Assembly: GCA_002269645.1 (NCBI GenBank)
Contig: NIVC01000487.1
Coordinates: 186,001 to 250,000 of the forward strand
Direction: 5' to 3'
DNA length: 64,000 nt
Source of the DNA: Macrostomum lignano
Lineage: Eukaryota
The translations under genes and the position numbers were made by a program. Shown here one piece after another: positions 1 to 12,786 of this stretch. The notes under the pieces were generated by a model that searched no databases, was not told the origin of the DNA, and worked only from the letters and a program-made list of their open reading frames with translations. The number at the start of each line of letters is the position of its first letter. The stretch's first letter is position 1.

Positions 1-1431
1 GCAGGTCGCTGGTCACTTTGACCCGCAATGACCCGCGTCGATGTTTACACTCGCCGCTCGGATCGAATTCCGTCGTGGTACCCTCCACCCCCACCCACAA
101 TTTTTCTCTGAACCACCTTGTTTGGGGAGGCTGGCGCTGGCGACAAAGGGAGAAAAATGCTATATTTTTTAAAAATGAGGGGCACTGCTGCGAGAAGATG
201 GGCGACTGGAGACCATGCAGGCAAAAGAGAGGGTGAGAGAGATCGATCGACATCTACCCCCCCCCCGTTGTCCCCCTGTCATCGCCCCAATGGCCAACAT
301 AGTGTCCAATGTTGATGGTGCTGAAGGGTCCAAGCCACCCCAGTTCAACTGCATGAAGCCAAGGAGATCCACAGCCAGAACTTAACTCTTGCCCAACCTT
401 ACTTTTCAAACAACTGTCTTAAATTTTGGCTTAATAAATTTTTCACAAAATAAATTTGTATAGTTTCAATTTTTAAAGCTCAATACAATCTTCACATTAT
501 CCGGTAGAGCAATACCCGGTATTCTGGTCAGGAGCTTTTAAAATACTATTTTTGCATTAAATCGGCCTAGTTGTCTGACAAAGAGTTGGCGACTCCAGAC
601 TCCTGGGGTCTGGGTCTCCTTGACCCGGCGCATAGCACACTTCAGCCTTTTGTTGTTTAAATAAGCGGCACTGAAACAAGACCAGTTTACCGCACAGGAA
701 ATGAAGAGAAAGTTGAATTGCTTTGCCACTTCGGTTTTGGCGGCTTGTTTATTGACTGTGGACCGAGTGACTGACATGAGTAAAAAAAGAAAGTGTTGCA
801 TATCTGACCGTTTCTAAATTTTCTGTTGACATTGACAACACAACTTATACTGTAAGGTGGAAAACCAGTGAGGCGTCACCCATGGAAACTGGCTGCCCAT
901 TAATGCCGATCACGGGTCACCGGTTTCTCATCTGATTATGCAACTTGCAGCTCCTCTCTTTGGCCGCCAGGTTAACCCGGTTTTTCCTATGATGGGGCCA
1001 GGCGGAGGCTGGAAAATTGATAAGAGAATGTCCTGTGCGCCAGATTCAGTTTGGTCTCAAATATTGGGCACAGGGTTTCGATTGAATTTGCGGGAGACTC
1101 CGCCCCAGGAGTTGATTACATTATGCTTACAGATTCCTGAAATTCGAGTAATACCAATATTTCCTTGACTCTACTAACTCTAAGTAGTGTTTAAAGAAAA
1201 TAAAAACTATTTTGTTTCTTGTTTCTTCTGCAACGTACTTATTTCTTAGAATCAGTAGCATTTTATGGTCCTTTTGACGTTTTCATCCTTTAAATATAAG
1301 ACATTTTTGTTCCTCAATTAGGCTAACAATTATGAAAATTTAGTAATGTTGAATTTGAAATGCATCAATACTTTAACAAGCATCAGTTAAAGGACAATTT
1401 TTTTTTATAAAATTGTTATTGAAGTTTCAAC

Positions 1432-1630
1432 TTCCAAATTCCATATTCCATATTCAAAATCCATATTCCATATTCCGTATTTCATATTCCATATTCCATA
1501 TTCCATATTCCATATTCCATATTCCATACTCCATATTCCACATTCCATATTCCATATTCCACATTCCATATTCCACATTCCATATTCCATATTCCACATT
1601 CCATATTCCATATTTCATACTCCATATTCC
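1432..1630. repeat. 7-bp tandem array (ATTCCAT)n in GPCR intron
   Basis: Direct reading; produces the spurious MEYGIWN ORFs. Confidence 0.95.
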
Positions 1631-1658
1631 GTTTCCCATACCCCGCACACCGGCTCAC

Positions 1659-3184
1659 CAGCATGGGCAGGTGGTTAAAGAAGAACGCGATGGCGTTGGC
1701 CAGGCTGGTCACCCGCCAGGCCTCCCAGGCGTGCTTGCGCGCGTCGAACTCCGCCGAGAGGCGCAGCTGCTGGCCGGGCTTCGTCGATACGGCACTACCG
1801 CCGCCACCGTCGTCTGAGCCGCCGCCGCTGCCACCGGCGCTGCTACCAACAATGCGAGTGACCATCTCCTGAGCTGGATGGCGAGCTCGTCGCAGGTGCA
1901 AGAAGCTGTCCAGACTGCAGGCTGCGCAGATGAAGCCGGAGGCTGCGTTGCAAGCGCCGATGATCATCGAGTAGGTGAAGTCCAGCTGGCTGGGCAGAAA
2001 CCGGCAGCGCAGGCTGGCGTCTCTGGGATCGGTTGAAACTCGAACCCAGAGGTTGACGGGCACAAGGCCTGTGAATTCGGAAGAGGGGGAGGGGGTTAAA
2101 TGCCTTTTTAAATTAATTCCATTGGAAATAAGCACTTTTAAGAATTTTAGAACTTAGAGTTCTACGAGCGTAAAAATAGCCACCAATTAAATCGATGACC
2201 GCTGCTTCACCATCTAAAAATAGCAGCCAATTATAATTCATCCTTCATTAGGCTAATTATTAGTTTCTAATTATCGATTACATTTCGATAAATGTAATGT
2301 AGTGATGTAGTGAACTTCTCCCAAGTCCATGTGTACATAATGATCCGTCATGCGATTGATCATGATTATCGCTTATCGTGTCCTACAGCGATTAAGGAAA
2401 ATTTAATAATAAGGGATAACTCAACCTCATGCATAGTTTCGACCACGGAATACTGTATTCTGTATTCTGTGTATTCTGTGGTTTTGACTGTGGGCTGTAG
2501 GCATTGTCGAAAAAGTCACCAAATGTTATTGATGTTGCATTGAAAGGTTAGACCTTCAGGAACAAAAATGGTCACCCGTAAGTTCTCTGTCCTACTCTTT
2601 TCGAATATTACTTTTCACAATATGATGGCGTGATTGCGACGACCTTGGGGAATCCCCAAAGGTCAGCGCCCACCTCACTCTCACTGGCGCGATAGGTGGG
2701 CAGTTGGAGACACTTTCTAAAAATAGCAACCAATCAGATCTCCAGGGCAGCCTGAAGAAGCCTTCTCACCAGTGACAAAAGCGGCGCACGACCAGACGCT
2801 AACGATGAGCAGCGGCTTCACCTTGTTTGTCACCCAGCCGTTGTAGACCGGGCCGCCTTCCTTTCGCAGCAGGAACAGCCGATCAACGGCAAAGAATGCC
2901 GTGCCCAGCAGCGACACCAGCAGAGACGAGTGCAAGCTGAACACGAACAGGCGGCAGGTGACCGCCGACCACGGGATTCCCCCAAGCACCACGCTGATGA
3001 GCAGCGGCGCAGCTAGCAAGGTGTACAGCGCGTTCCTCAGCATCAGGCCGGCCAGGCAGATGTCCAGACTTCTGAGCAGGCCTCGGAAGTGCAGCAGCAG
3101 CAGGCAAAAGAGACCCAGCGATGGCACCGCCAGAACTAACAGGGAGAGCCAGGCTATGGCCTCCTGCCTGTAGAACTGTGCCAT
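1659..3184 (-). CDS. Rhodopsin-class (family A) GPCR-like protein, partial; exons complement(join(1659..2068,2770..3184)); TM7/C-terminal exon not located
   Basis: The exons join in phase (G|GC = Gly, ...AAFVTGLVPVNLW...) at canonical GT/AG sites. Six hydrophobic segments are present, with a TM3 Cys (VTCRLF), a DRY-like FAVDRL, an ECL2 Cys (LRCRF) and a TM6-like FFFNHLPML that ends at a gtgag donor at 1658. Confidence 0.8.
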
Positions 3185-3719
3185 GCTCTGTCTACTGCTT
3201 CTATTTCTTGCGGAGTTTCTCTCTGTATTTTTGCTGCTTTTAGCAAATGTAGCTACAAAAGGAAGGCTTTCTCCTTTTCCATAGGGTGGAGTCAAGAGCA
3301 TTCAAGAGCCGAAATGATTTTTTTCTCGCCTTGGTCCTTTGCCCCCCCCCCCTGTTTCTCGCTTTCTCAATTCCGGCGCTATGCTAGCAGAATTCCAATT
3401 TGAGCACAAATTCAGCTTAAGCGAGTAATCCGTACTGAACCAAACCGATAAGTTTTTAGCGGGGGTTAGAGAGAGAGAGAGAGCAAAGCCACCGCAAAGC
3501 TGCTCAGCGAGGCATGATGTGAGAACAGTTTATTAGGTTTACAATCTCAAGCTGATTTGGTTTCAACATGCATTAATAAATGCGAGTGCGTGCGTTTTTG
3601 ACGTACCTTCATAAAATTTGCAGACACTGCATGAATTCCCAACTGAGGATAAGACGACGCCCAGGGTCTCAGAGGTCTCAGACTTTGCCGTTGGACTCCT
3701 TGTGTTGCGAATCTGAACT

Positions 3720-4350
3720 AGAACAAGAGCGAATATCGGAAGCAGAACCAGACAAAACAACCAGAAATAGAACAAAATCAGGAATAAAAATAAAAAAACA
3801 ACACAGAAAAGTGACAAAAAAGAACAAGAACGAGAACAATATAGCGAGAGCAAGAACCACAACCAGAACCAGAACAAGAGCCAGAACCAGAACACGAACC
3901 AGAACAAGAACAAGAACCAGAACAAGAACAAGAAAAAGAAACTAGAATAAGAGCCAGAACCAGAACAAGAGCCAGAACCAGAACAAGAGCCAGAACCAGA
4001 ACAAGAGCCAGAACCAGAACAAGAGCCAGAACCAGAAAAGAACCAGAACTAGAACTAGAACAAGAACGAGAACCAGAACAAGAACCTGAATCAGAACCAG
4101 AAAAAGAGCAAGAGCAAGAGTCAGAGTCAGAACCACAACCAGAACCAGAACAAAACACGAACCAGTACAAGAACCAGAACCAGAACACGAACCAGAACAA
4201 GAACAAGAACCAGAACAAGAACAAGAAAAAGAAACTAGAATAAGAGCCAGAACCAGAACAAGAATCAAAACCAGAACCAGAACAAGAATCAAAACCATAA
4301 CCAGAACCAGAACAAGAACCAGAAAAAGAACCGGAACGGGAGCAAGAACA
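3720..4350. repeat. Degenerate hexamer array (AGAACC/AGAACA/AGAGCC)n
   Basis: Direct reading; lies between the divergent GPCR and troponin T starts. Confidence 0.9.
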
Positions 4351-5376
4351 CGAGGGCTTAAGGGCAATTTCCTTCGATCACGTGTGACCTGATTCGTGAA
4401 TTAATTGAAATTCAAACTAAATGTCCTTATGATTAAGACCAGGTAAATGATTAAAATTTCGGAGCCACGCAAACGGAAACTTTCCCAAAGACAGCAAATA
4501 ATCACTGACAAAGGTTCTGACTATCGCCAGCTTAGCTCGTACGAACCGCGATTCAAACTTTCAAAGTACGCACTATTCAAGCGAACAACAAATTCACTGT
4601 TTGGAAAAAACAAGTCGCTATTTTGCTATGCTGAATGAATTCCGCTAAGGCCTGCTTTGCCGTTGACATTTCGCTGCTCCGCAGGCATCCCTTCACTTTT
4701 CTTCGCTCTCCCCAATGCCCCAAAATCCCTTCGGTTTCGAAAAGGTTTTCATAAAAAGCAACAGGCGCGCGCGCGCGCGCACGAAGCGACGTTCAAATGC
4801 CAGAGAGGCTTGACGTCCGACCCAGCGAGGCTCTGTGTACAAAACAGGACCAACCCCGGAGCCAACGCTGCCATTGATTTCATTGCTTCAAGCCAGACAG
4901 AGCCAGCCGTCGGCATTTTCTTTGCTTCTAGTAGGAGCGCAGGAAATGCAAGTGTTCGTTGCCAGTATCGATCGACTTGCCGACTGTGCGGTGCGTGGCA
5001 TGAAGCACAGAGAGAGAAGGTTAGCCTTAGCATCCCTCAAGGCCACTAAAGTTTCCCTTGCATACAGAATATGCCCCTCCAGCATAAGGGGGGGGGCTAC
5101 CAGTGGAACAATTTATGCAACGCGACGATGCAATTCGAAGTCCACCACCACCACCACCACCACGCCCCCGCGCCTTCCCCGCGGACCCTCCTCCCCACCT
5201 CCACAGGGGGGATGTCAGGAATGGGAATAAATGCGCAGACACTTACTGGCGCGGCCATCCCGCCCGCTTTTCCCGACGCTTTCCGCCCAGCCGAGCCGAG
5301 CAAAAAATTTCTTTAACATCAACTTTCTCTCTAGCTTTCTGTTTCTCGGCAGAGCCCAGTTGTCAACAGCGAGTCC

Positions 5377-8300
5377 ATGGCCGACGAGGAGAACCAGTGA
5401 GTCCTTTGAGGGGCTGTGAAATATGCAGTATCCGTATTAACCAACTATTTTACAGTTTAACCATGATCTAGTAATTGAATCTCAGTAGGAGGCTTTTGAT
5501 ATTGCGGTAATACTCCTCTGAGCATTTCTCAGTGGCTTAACGAAGCAACGCCTGAGCTACAAGACCAGCTGAGCAAATGATTAATAATGCTTTGGACTGG
5601 AGTAAAAGCTCTGGGGGGACATGCCAATGCATTGTCCCCCCCACCCCACCTTGTGAGTCGTTGTGGTAATCAATAATTTTTCTTCAGGGCGCCAAAATAT
5701 AGCGCCTTCGGCGCTAAAATGAGTGCCTTCGGCGCTAAAATGAGTGCCTTCGGCGCTAAAATGAGTGCCTTCGGCGCTAAAATGAGTGCCTTCGGCGCTA
5801 AAATGAGTGCCTTCGGCGCTAAAATGAGTGCCTTCGGCGCTAAGATGAGTGCCTGCGGCACTAAAATGAGTGCCTTCGGCGCTAAAATGAGTGCCTGCGG
5901 CGCTAAAATGAGTGCCTTCGGCGCTAAAATGAGTGCCTTCGGCGCTAAGATGAGTGCCTGCGGCACTAAAATGAGTGCCTTCGGCGCTAAAATGAGTGCC
6001 TGCGGCGCTAAAATGGGGCCAGAGACGCTAAAATGAGTGCCTGCGGCGCTAAAATGAGTGCCTTCGGCGCTAAGATGAGTGCCTGCGGCGCTAAGATGAG
6101 TGCCTGCGGCGCTAAAATGAGTGCCTTCGGCGCTAAGATGAGTGCCTGCGGCGCTAAAATGAGTGCCTGCGGCGCTAAAATGAGTGCCTGCGGCGCTAAA
6201 ATGGGGCCAGAGACGCTAAAATGAGTGCCTTCGGCGCTAAGATGAGTGCCTGCGGCGCTAAAATGAGTGCCTGCGGCGCTAAAATGAGTGCCTTCGGCGC
6301 TAAGATGAGTGCCTGCGGCGCTAAGATGAGTGCCTGCGGCGCTAAAATGAGTGCCTGCGGCGCTAAAATGAGTGCCTTCGGCGCTAAAAATGAGTGCCTG
6401 CGGCGCCAAAAGGAGTGCATACGCTGCCAAAATTTAGTCATGTACATGTACATGTATATGTTGAATTCTTGGCTTTGTCGCCCCCACCATAAAATCCATG
6501 ACGACGCCCCTGCTGGACAATCAATTTCGGACAAGTTCGGGCGATAAAGGAAGAGAACTCCAACAACTCCAACGTTTAACAATGCACGCCGACTCTACTA
6601 TTAGTAGCTTGTAGGCATATAAATTTCAAATCCGAAATGACACGGCAGCAATGCCCTAAAACACACAATGACCGCGCAGAGAGCCGACAGTCGAGGAGGA
6701 GGCTGCGGCCCCTCCGGCCCAGCAGGAGGAGGAGGCCGAGGCAGCGCCGCCTCCGCCGCCTCCGCCGCCGGCTGAGAAGCCGAAGCAGCTGCACCAGGGT
6801 GCCAGCTTTGCTGAGTAAGCCCCCCCCCTCGGCCCAGCATCCCCGAGTATCCCTCATCCGCTGTGCAGAGTTGCTGCTTTCCTCTTGATTCTACAATATG
6901 AATAACAAACACAAATCAAATACATATCATAATTGCTTTCAGCTTTGGTTGCTTGCCTTGCGCTTCTAGTAGCTGGTAGTAATTGTTAGCTTCTGCAGCG
7001 TCAGCCATGGTAGCAGTAGTATTCAGTAGTATATCTGATTGTGCATGCTGGCGGTCGGTGAATGGGAGGTAGGAGCTCTGCGTATTCGGACTGCATGCCA
7101 AGCCAGCCACGAGGAGTCTGTATTGCTGCACCTGATGAAGCGTTCTGTAATCATCACTGAACGGCACTTTATTTCCAGAGACGAAAGCGGTCGTAACGAG
7201 GCGCAGATTCGGATGGAGGTGAGCAGATTTGGTTGCCAGGACAATGTTGGCCTTAGCGACTTTGTTTATTCTAATGAATTTATTACCTTATTGCCTTATT
7301 ACCTTATTCCCCATCATTGCGCAGGAGGAGAAGAAGAAGCGCATGGCCAAGATGGAGGAGGAGATGAAGGAGTACGAGGAGATGCGCAAAGAGGAGCGGG
7401 AGAAGCTGGCACAGGAGATCTCGGAGCTCAGGTCCAAGCGGGTGAGTTGTTGCAGCCTTCTGACACACAGTCACTCTGGTGCGCTTGTCACTCCCGGTGT
7501 ACTGTCATCTTGTCACTCTAATGTACTGTTATCTTGTCACTCTGGTGTGCTATTATCTTGTCACTCTAATGTACTGTTATATTGTCACTCTGGTGTGCTG
7601 TTATCTTGTCACTCTAATGTACTGTTATATTGTCACTCTGGTGTGCTGTTATCTTGTCACTCTAATGTACTGTTATATTGTCACTCTGGTGTGCTGTTAT
7701 CTTGTCACTCTAATGTACTGTTATGTTGTGCTATTATCTTTCACTCTGGTGTGCTGTTACCTTGTCACTCTAATGTACTGTTATCTTGCTACTCTGGTGT
7801 GCTGTCATCTTGCCACTCTGGTGTGCTATTATCTTGTCACTCTAATGTACTGTTATCTTGCTACTCTGGTGTGCTGTCATCTTGCCACTCTGGTGTGCTA
7901 TTATCTTGTCACTCTAATGTATTGTCTCACAGTCACTCTGGTGTACTGTCACACTCAGTGCCCCGAGCGTATGCCACTATTTTACTCTCTTAGCACTATA
8001 ACTAACAAACTGGCAATTAACCTGTCACCGAAACCGCTACCGCTGCCACCCGCCCGGCCTTCCGGTTTCCAGGAGCAGAGGAAGCAGGAGCGGGCCGAGG
8101 AGGAGAAGCGGCTGGCTGAGCTGCGCGCCGTCGAAGAGCAGAAGCGACGCGCCGAAGAGGTTTGGAATTGCCATTATTTAAACATTTGAGTTCCCATTAT
8201 ACTACTGATTGTCGCCTAGATTAGTAGCCTGCTAAGTATATGAGCTCTCTTTGTCGATAATTTTCGAACGCAATTTTTCTGCCGCTGTCTCTGCAGGAGG

Positions 8301-11300
8301 AGCGACAGCGCCGCAAGCGCGAGGAGGAGGCCAAACGAAAGGAGGAGCGGGAGAAGAAGAAGAAGGAGGCTGAGGAGCGGATGAAGAGTCAGAGCCAGCG
8401 CAATTTCACAATCAGCAAGAAGTCTGGCGGCGAGGTGAGCGGAGGTTGCTTAAGCTGATTGCTTAAACTTGCACTCCGTGACCCTGGTCAGCGATATCCT
8501 GTTTTAGAGCAGCTTCTCACGCAATTCGATTTAGATTATTCTAGTTTTAATTTTTAATCTGAATAATTTCTTCCCAACTCATTGCCAAGGACTACTCAAG
8601 TCCTTGAGTACGTTTCTTGGAAAATTTTAAAAGACAGGTTTCACCAAAAAACGTACAATCGTACATGCCCCGTGCCTAAAATCATAAAAATGGCAAAAAC
8701 TCTCTCGACTTATTGGTTTTATGAATCTATTTTATGAATTTTTGTTTAAATGACTGTGAAACAATATGTGTAACAGAATGATAAAATAGTTTCATAGAAC
8801 CAATAAGTCGAGAGAGTTGTTGCCATTCTTATGATTGTTAGGCACAGGATATAAAATTAACACAGAATTCTATTTTTTAATGAGAAGCTTTATGAACATC
8901 AATAGAGCTATAAGAAGGGCAAGACACATCAAAAGAAGAACATTGGGTCTGCCTTCTATCAGAAGCAATAACAACAGAGCCAGAAGCTGAAAACATGAAA
9001 ACCTTCTATCTCGGCATTGTTTTTCAAGAGGTTTTCCAAGAAACGTTGTTTCCCATCTTTCTACTTGAGCAGTCCTTGCTAATTGCATTAAAATTAGTAG
9101 TAGTTTTTGTAATTGACCACCTGTACACCAAAAGCCATCATTCAAAGCCTGTTCACTATGTTGAATTCATATGAAAAAGTCGAATTCATAAAAGACCAAA
9201 CACATTCTTAATTACCAAATTGTAGGCTGACGCCAAGAAGCAGGTAAAAATTAACGAGATAGCAAATCGATTCCCGATGGAAATTTGACCCTCCTCTAGG
9301 AGCCAAGAGTTTCAAATGCGTTAGTCAAGGGTGCACGCTCCGTACTAAGCCATCAATGTATAAAATGCACGATCGCGGGAGTGGCACTAACGAACTGTTT
9401 CCCAAGTTGTTAAACACGGACCGGGCATTCGCCAGTTATTACTATAAGTAGAAGCCTTAGCAACTATTCGGTAACAAGTTGGCCGCATCTTTAGTCGAAA
9501 TTTATTGCGCATCGAAAACCAACTATTCACCTTGCATTTGCTCTCAGTCCTTGACCTGAATTGAATGACCACGCAAACCCAATATTGGATCATTTTTAAT
9601 GCGTACATCTGGGCGATGCATGTATTTTTTAATACCAGTGGAATTCATAGAAATTATCGATCGATAGAGACTGTATGCTGGCCTTGGCTAGGCGGAGTGA
9701 GGTGGCTGCATGGTCAGGGAAAGGGGTAGAGTAAATAAGGGTAGAATGCCACTGTACAATGGAAGGCGCAATGTACATTTACAAGAGCTCAACCAATCAG
9801 AATCGCCTTTTGTTAATTTTTTTAATTAACCGCAGGCTGGAGCCTCCGGCGCGGACGAAGCCAAGCAGGGCAAGTCCAAGGAGCAGCTGGAGGCCGAGAA
9901 GAAGGCCGCTCTGGAGCAGCGGGTTCAGCCGCTGAATATTGACGGATTCAGCGAGTCTCAGCTGCAGGAGAAGGCCAAGGAGCTGTTCTCTAAGATCTAC
10001 TCGCTCGAGGGAGACAAATATGATCTTGAGCAGCGGTTCAAGGGGCAGAATATGGAGGTGCGGTTTTATATGCGTGTTTTTGACTTATATAGTTTGAACA
10101 GTTTCCAGTTTGAGTAGTTTGCAGTTAGAGTAGTTTGCAGTTCGAGTAGTTTGCAGTTCGAGTAGTTTCCAGGTCGAGTAGTTTCCAGGTCGAGTAGTTT
10201 CCAGTTCGAGTAGTTTGCAGTTCAAGTAGTTTGCAGTTCGAGTAGTTTGCAGTTCGAGTAGTTTACAGTTTGAACAGTTCGTAGTTCAAGTACTCGAAGT
10301 TTCTCATCAAAGTTGCAAATACGATTCGAATTTCAGATGGTCGAGCTCACAGAGCGCGCTCGTCAGATGCAGAAGGGGTGCGTGTGCATTGTTTTGAAGG
10401 ATTTCTATCAGGAAGTCGTTAACAAAACAGCTTTGTAATAAAAATCGATTAAAACACTCAAATCTTCCTTTTAAATTCTCAGAGGCCAGAAGGGATCCAG
10501 CAGCAAGGTTCAGACTGCTCCGTAAGTCGAAACTGCCGCTAATATTTCGTAAAAAAACAACAGAGTAAAGATAAACCCAATAAATTATCTTTGTTTTGCA
10601 TTGTCATTTTTAGTGACCCGCTGTCCGAGAAACTTGGCAGCATCCCGGTAAGCAAAGCGTTAAACTGGCTCCGACTTTTAATTATCTGTTCCATTCGGCC
10701 ACTCCCCGTGCTCTTCCGCTTCTTTCCGCTCCGCTTCTTTCTGTTCCGCTGCTTTCTGTTCCGCTTCTTTCTGTTCCGTTCCGCTTCTTTCTTTTTCGCT
10801 TCTTTCTGTTCCGCTTCTTTCTGTTCCGCATCTTTCTGTTCCGCTTCTTTCTGTTCCGCTTCTTTCTGTTCCGCTTCTTTCTGTTCCGCTTCTTTCTGTT
10901 CCGCTTCTTTCTGTTCCGCTTCTTTCTGTTCCGCTTCTTTCTGTTCCGCTTCTTTCTGTTCCGCTTCTTTCTGTTCCGCTTCTTTCTGTTCCGCTTCTTT
11001 CTGTTCCGCTTCTTTCTGTTCCGCTTCTTTCTGTTCCGCTTCTTTCTGTTCCGCTTCTTTCCGTTCCGTTCCGCTTCTTTCTGTTCCGCTTCTTTCCGTT
11101 CCGCTTCTTTCCGTTCCGCTTCTTTCCGTTCCGCTTCTTTCTGTTCCGCTTCTTTCTGTTCCGCTTCTTTCTGTTCCGCTCCGCTTCTTTCTGTTCCGCT
11201 TCTTTCTGTTCCGCTTCTTTCCGTTCCGTTCCGCTTCTTTCTGTTCCGCTTCTTTCCGTTCCGCTTCTTTCCGTTCCGCTTCTTTCCGTTCCACTTCTTT

Positions 11301-11615
11301 CTGTTCCGCTTCTTTCCGTTCCGTTCCGCTTCTTTCTGTTCCGCTTCTTTCCGTTCCGCTTCTTTCGGTTCTCCATGAGAAGCTCCGCGCCGCCCGCAGC
11401 CGAAGATCGTGATGTACAGCCAGTACGAGCGAGTCAAAGACCACCGCGGCTTCGGCGAGCGTCAGGAGCTGTTCAAAGGCCCGATCTACGGCATCGAGTA
11501 CGAGCGGATCAAGCCCAGCTCGAAGATCGTCCTGACTGAGAGCGGGCCGAGGGCCGTCGAGCTCACCGAGAACGGTGACGAGCCAGCGCCAGCCGCCGTT
11601 GAGGCAGCCGAGTGA
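5377..11615 (+). CDS. TNNT: Troponin T, 362 aa; join(5377..5396,6680..6814,7179..7218,7325..7441,8073..8159,8297..8434,9836..10057,10337..10377,10483..10521,10614..10647,11400..11615)
   Basis: All 10 introns are GT-AG and phases are consistent (1089 nt in total). The protein has the E/K/R-rich coiled coil and invertebrate TnT motifs: NFTISKK, KSKEQLEAEKKAALEQRVQPLNIDG, LEGDKYDLEQRFK, ELTERARQM and KIVMYSQYERVKDHRGFGERQELF. Confidence 0.95.
5701..6390. repeat. 21-bp tandem array (AAAATGAGTGCCTTCGGCGCT)n in TnT intron 1
   Basis: Direct reading, ~33 units with TTC/TGC variants. Confidence 0.95.
7470..7950. repeat. 24-bp tandem array (TGTCACTCTAATGTACTGTTATCT alternating with TGTCACTCTGGTGTGCTGTTATCT) in TnT intron 4
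   Basis: Direct reading; 8-aa periodicity in the spurious ORFs. Confidence 0.95.
8669..8848. mobile_element. Foldback/MITE-like element with ~67-bp inverted repeats, TnT intron 6
   Basis: 8669-8735 is the reverse complement of 8781-8848, with about 5 mismatches and 1 indel. The spacer is ~45 nt and non-coding. No clear TSD. Confidence 0.55.
10090..10290. repeat. 16-bp tandem array (TTCGAGTAGTTTGCAG)n in TnT intron 7
   Basis: Direct reading. Confidence 0.9.
10722..11366. repeat. 15-bp pyrimidine-rich array (CCGCTTCTTTCTGTT)n in last TnT intron
   Basis: Direct reading, ~43 units; source of the spurious KEAEQ/SASFC ORFs. Confidence 0.95.
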
Positions 11616-12786
11616 AGCTGAAAGCAACGGAAGACTTTAATAATTTTGTTAATCCCATCTCTAATCGCCTCTAAACGGACTGGAGGCTCATTTTTTCGCT
11701 AAATGTTCAGTCCTTCTTCTTCATTGGCCTCCGCCACCCCCCCCCTCAAGCCCGCCGTCGGCCTTCGATTTCGTTGCGTGTTTTTTTGCTAGAAACATTT
11801 CAATCACTCGAGCCATCTAGCTAGAACCGGGCATCTTTGAAATTATTCAGCCAACTCTCCGCTTAAGTCTGCGAGTAGCAATGTCCAACTCTTCACTTTT
11901 AAATCGAAAAAGTAAACATCGTTAGCAACTATGTTATTAAAGTAGCATTCTTACTGCTTATTTAACCTTCTATTCAAACGATATTTCTCAAGCCTTGGCA
12001 ACTGTGCTAGTAGCAGCTTCATCAGCGCATTAAATCTATAACTAATAATTATAACAAATTTCCCGCTTGTGCCTCCCCGCTTTTCTCTCGCACCGCTTTT
12101 TTCACATAATTAATAAAAGTCATAAATTTTTGACTGTCTGTTTCTTTCTACCACTGGAAATGCACTCAGAAGAATGTCAGTCAAAAATGCATCAGCCGCC
12201 TCAGTATTAAAGTGTTCAAATAATTCATATCTGCTTATATACTCGTATATTCGTATATGTCAATTTTGCACCATTCACCCGATCACAATTTCAACCCCTT
12301 TGGAATACGACAGAAACTCATTAGCGCTTCCAAAAGCAATAAAAAAGCACACAGTTTTTCTTAGCCAACTGTCCCAAGTCTCCAACTGAGAAAAATACAT
12401 TTTTATTAGAATCTGGAGAACAAAAAGCACTCCTTTGATCAATAAAAATTGTACTTAATGGGAATGTGTAACTATTTGTTTAGTTTTTGCGTTTTTGCTT
12501 ATTAAGAAATTGACAGGCAAGGCTGGTGCATAAAAAATTAAAGTTTCATGCAAACTGAAATTGTTAGTTTATTTTGAATTTCCTTATAAAGTCAGCTTTA
12601 AAGTTGTTACAGAATTGTATTGCGTTATGATTAATATGGTGCCGAAAAGCGAACATGGCTATACAGAAATCAATGCCAAACTTCGGTACACACTACTGCA
12701 ACTAGGAAGGGGAAGTGTGTAAGTCTTGTGGCCGTGGGAGACTTTGGTGCAACAGAAATCTGCTGCATGAGTGCTGAAGAGCGTCT

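Noticed and set aside
538-801. ORF resembling GPCR TM7/helix 8 (NWSCFSAAYLNNKRLKCAMRR)
   Set aside because: No AG acceptor in the phase 0 required by the donor at 1658, and the similarity is weak.
4765-4780. (GC)8 potential Z-DNA tract upstream of troponin T
   Set aside because: Too short, and no functional evidence can be drawn from sequence alone.
10539-11627. Long KEAEQ/SGTER ORFs
   Set aside because: Antisense and sense readings of the 15-bp intronic array of troponin T.
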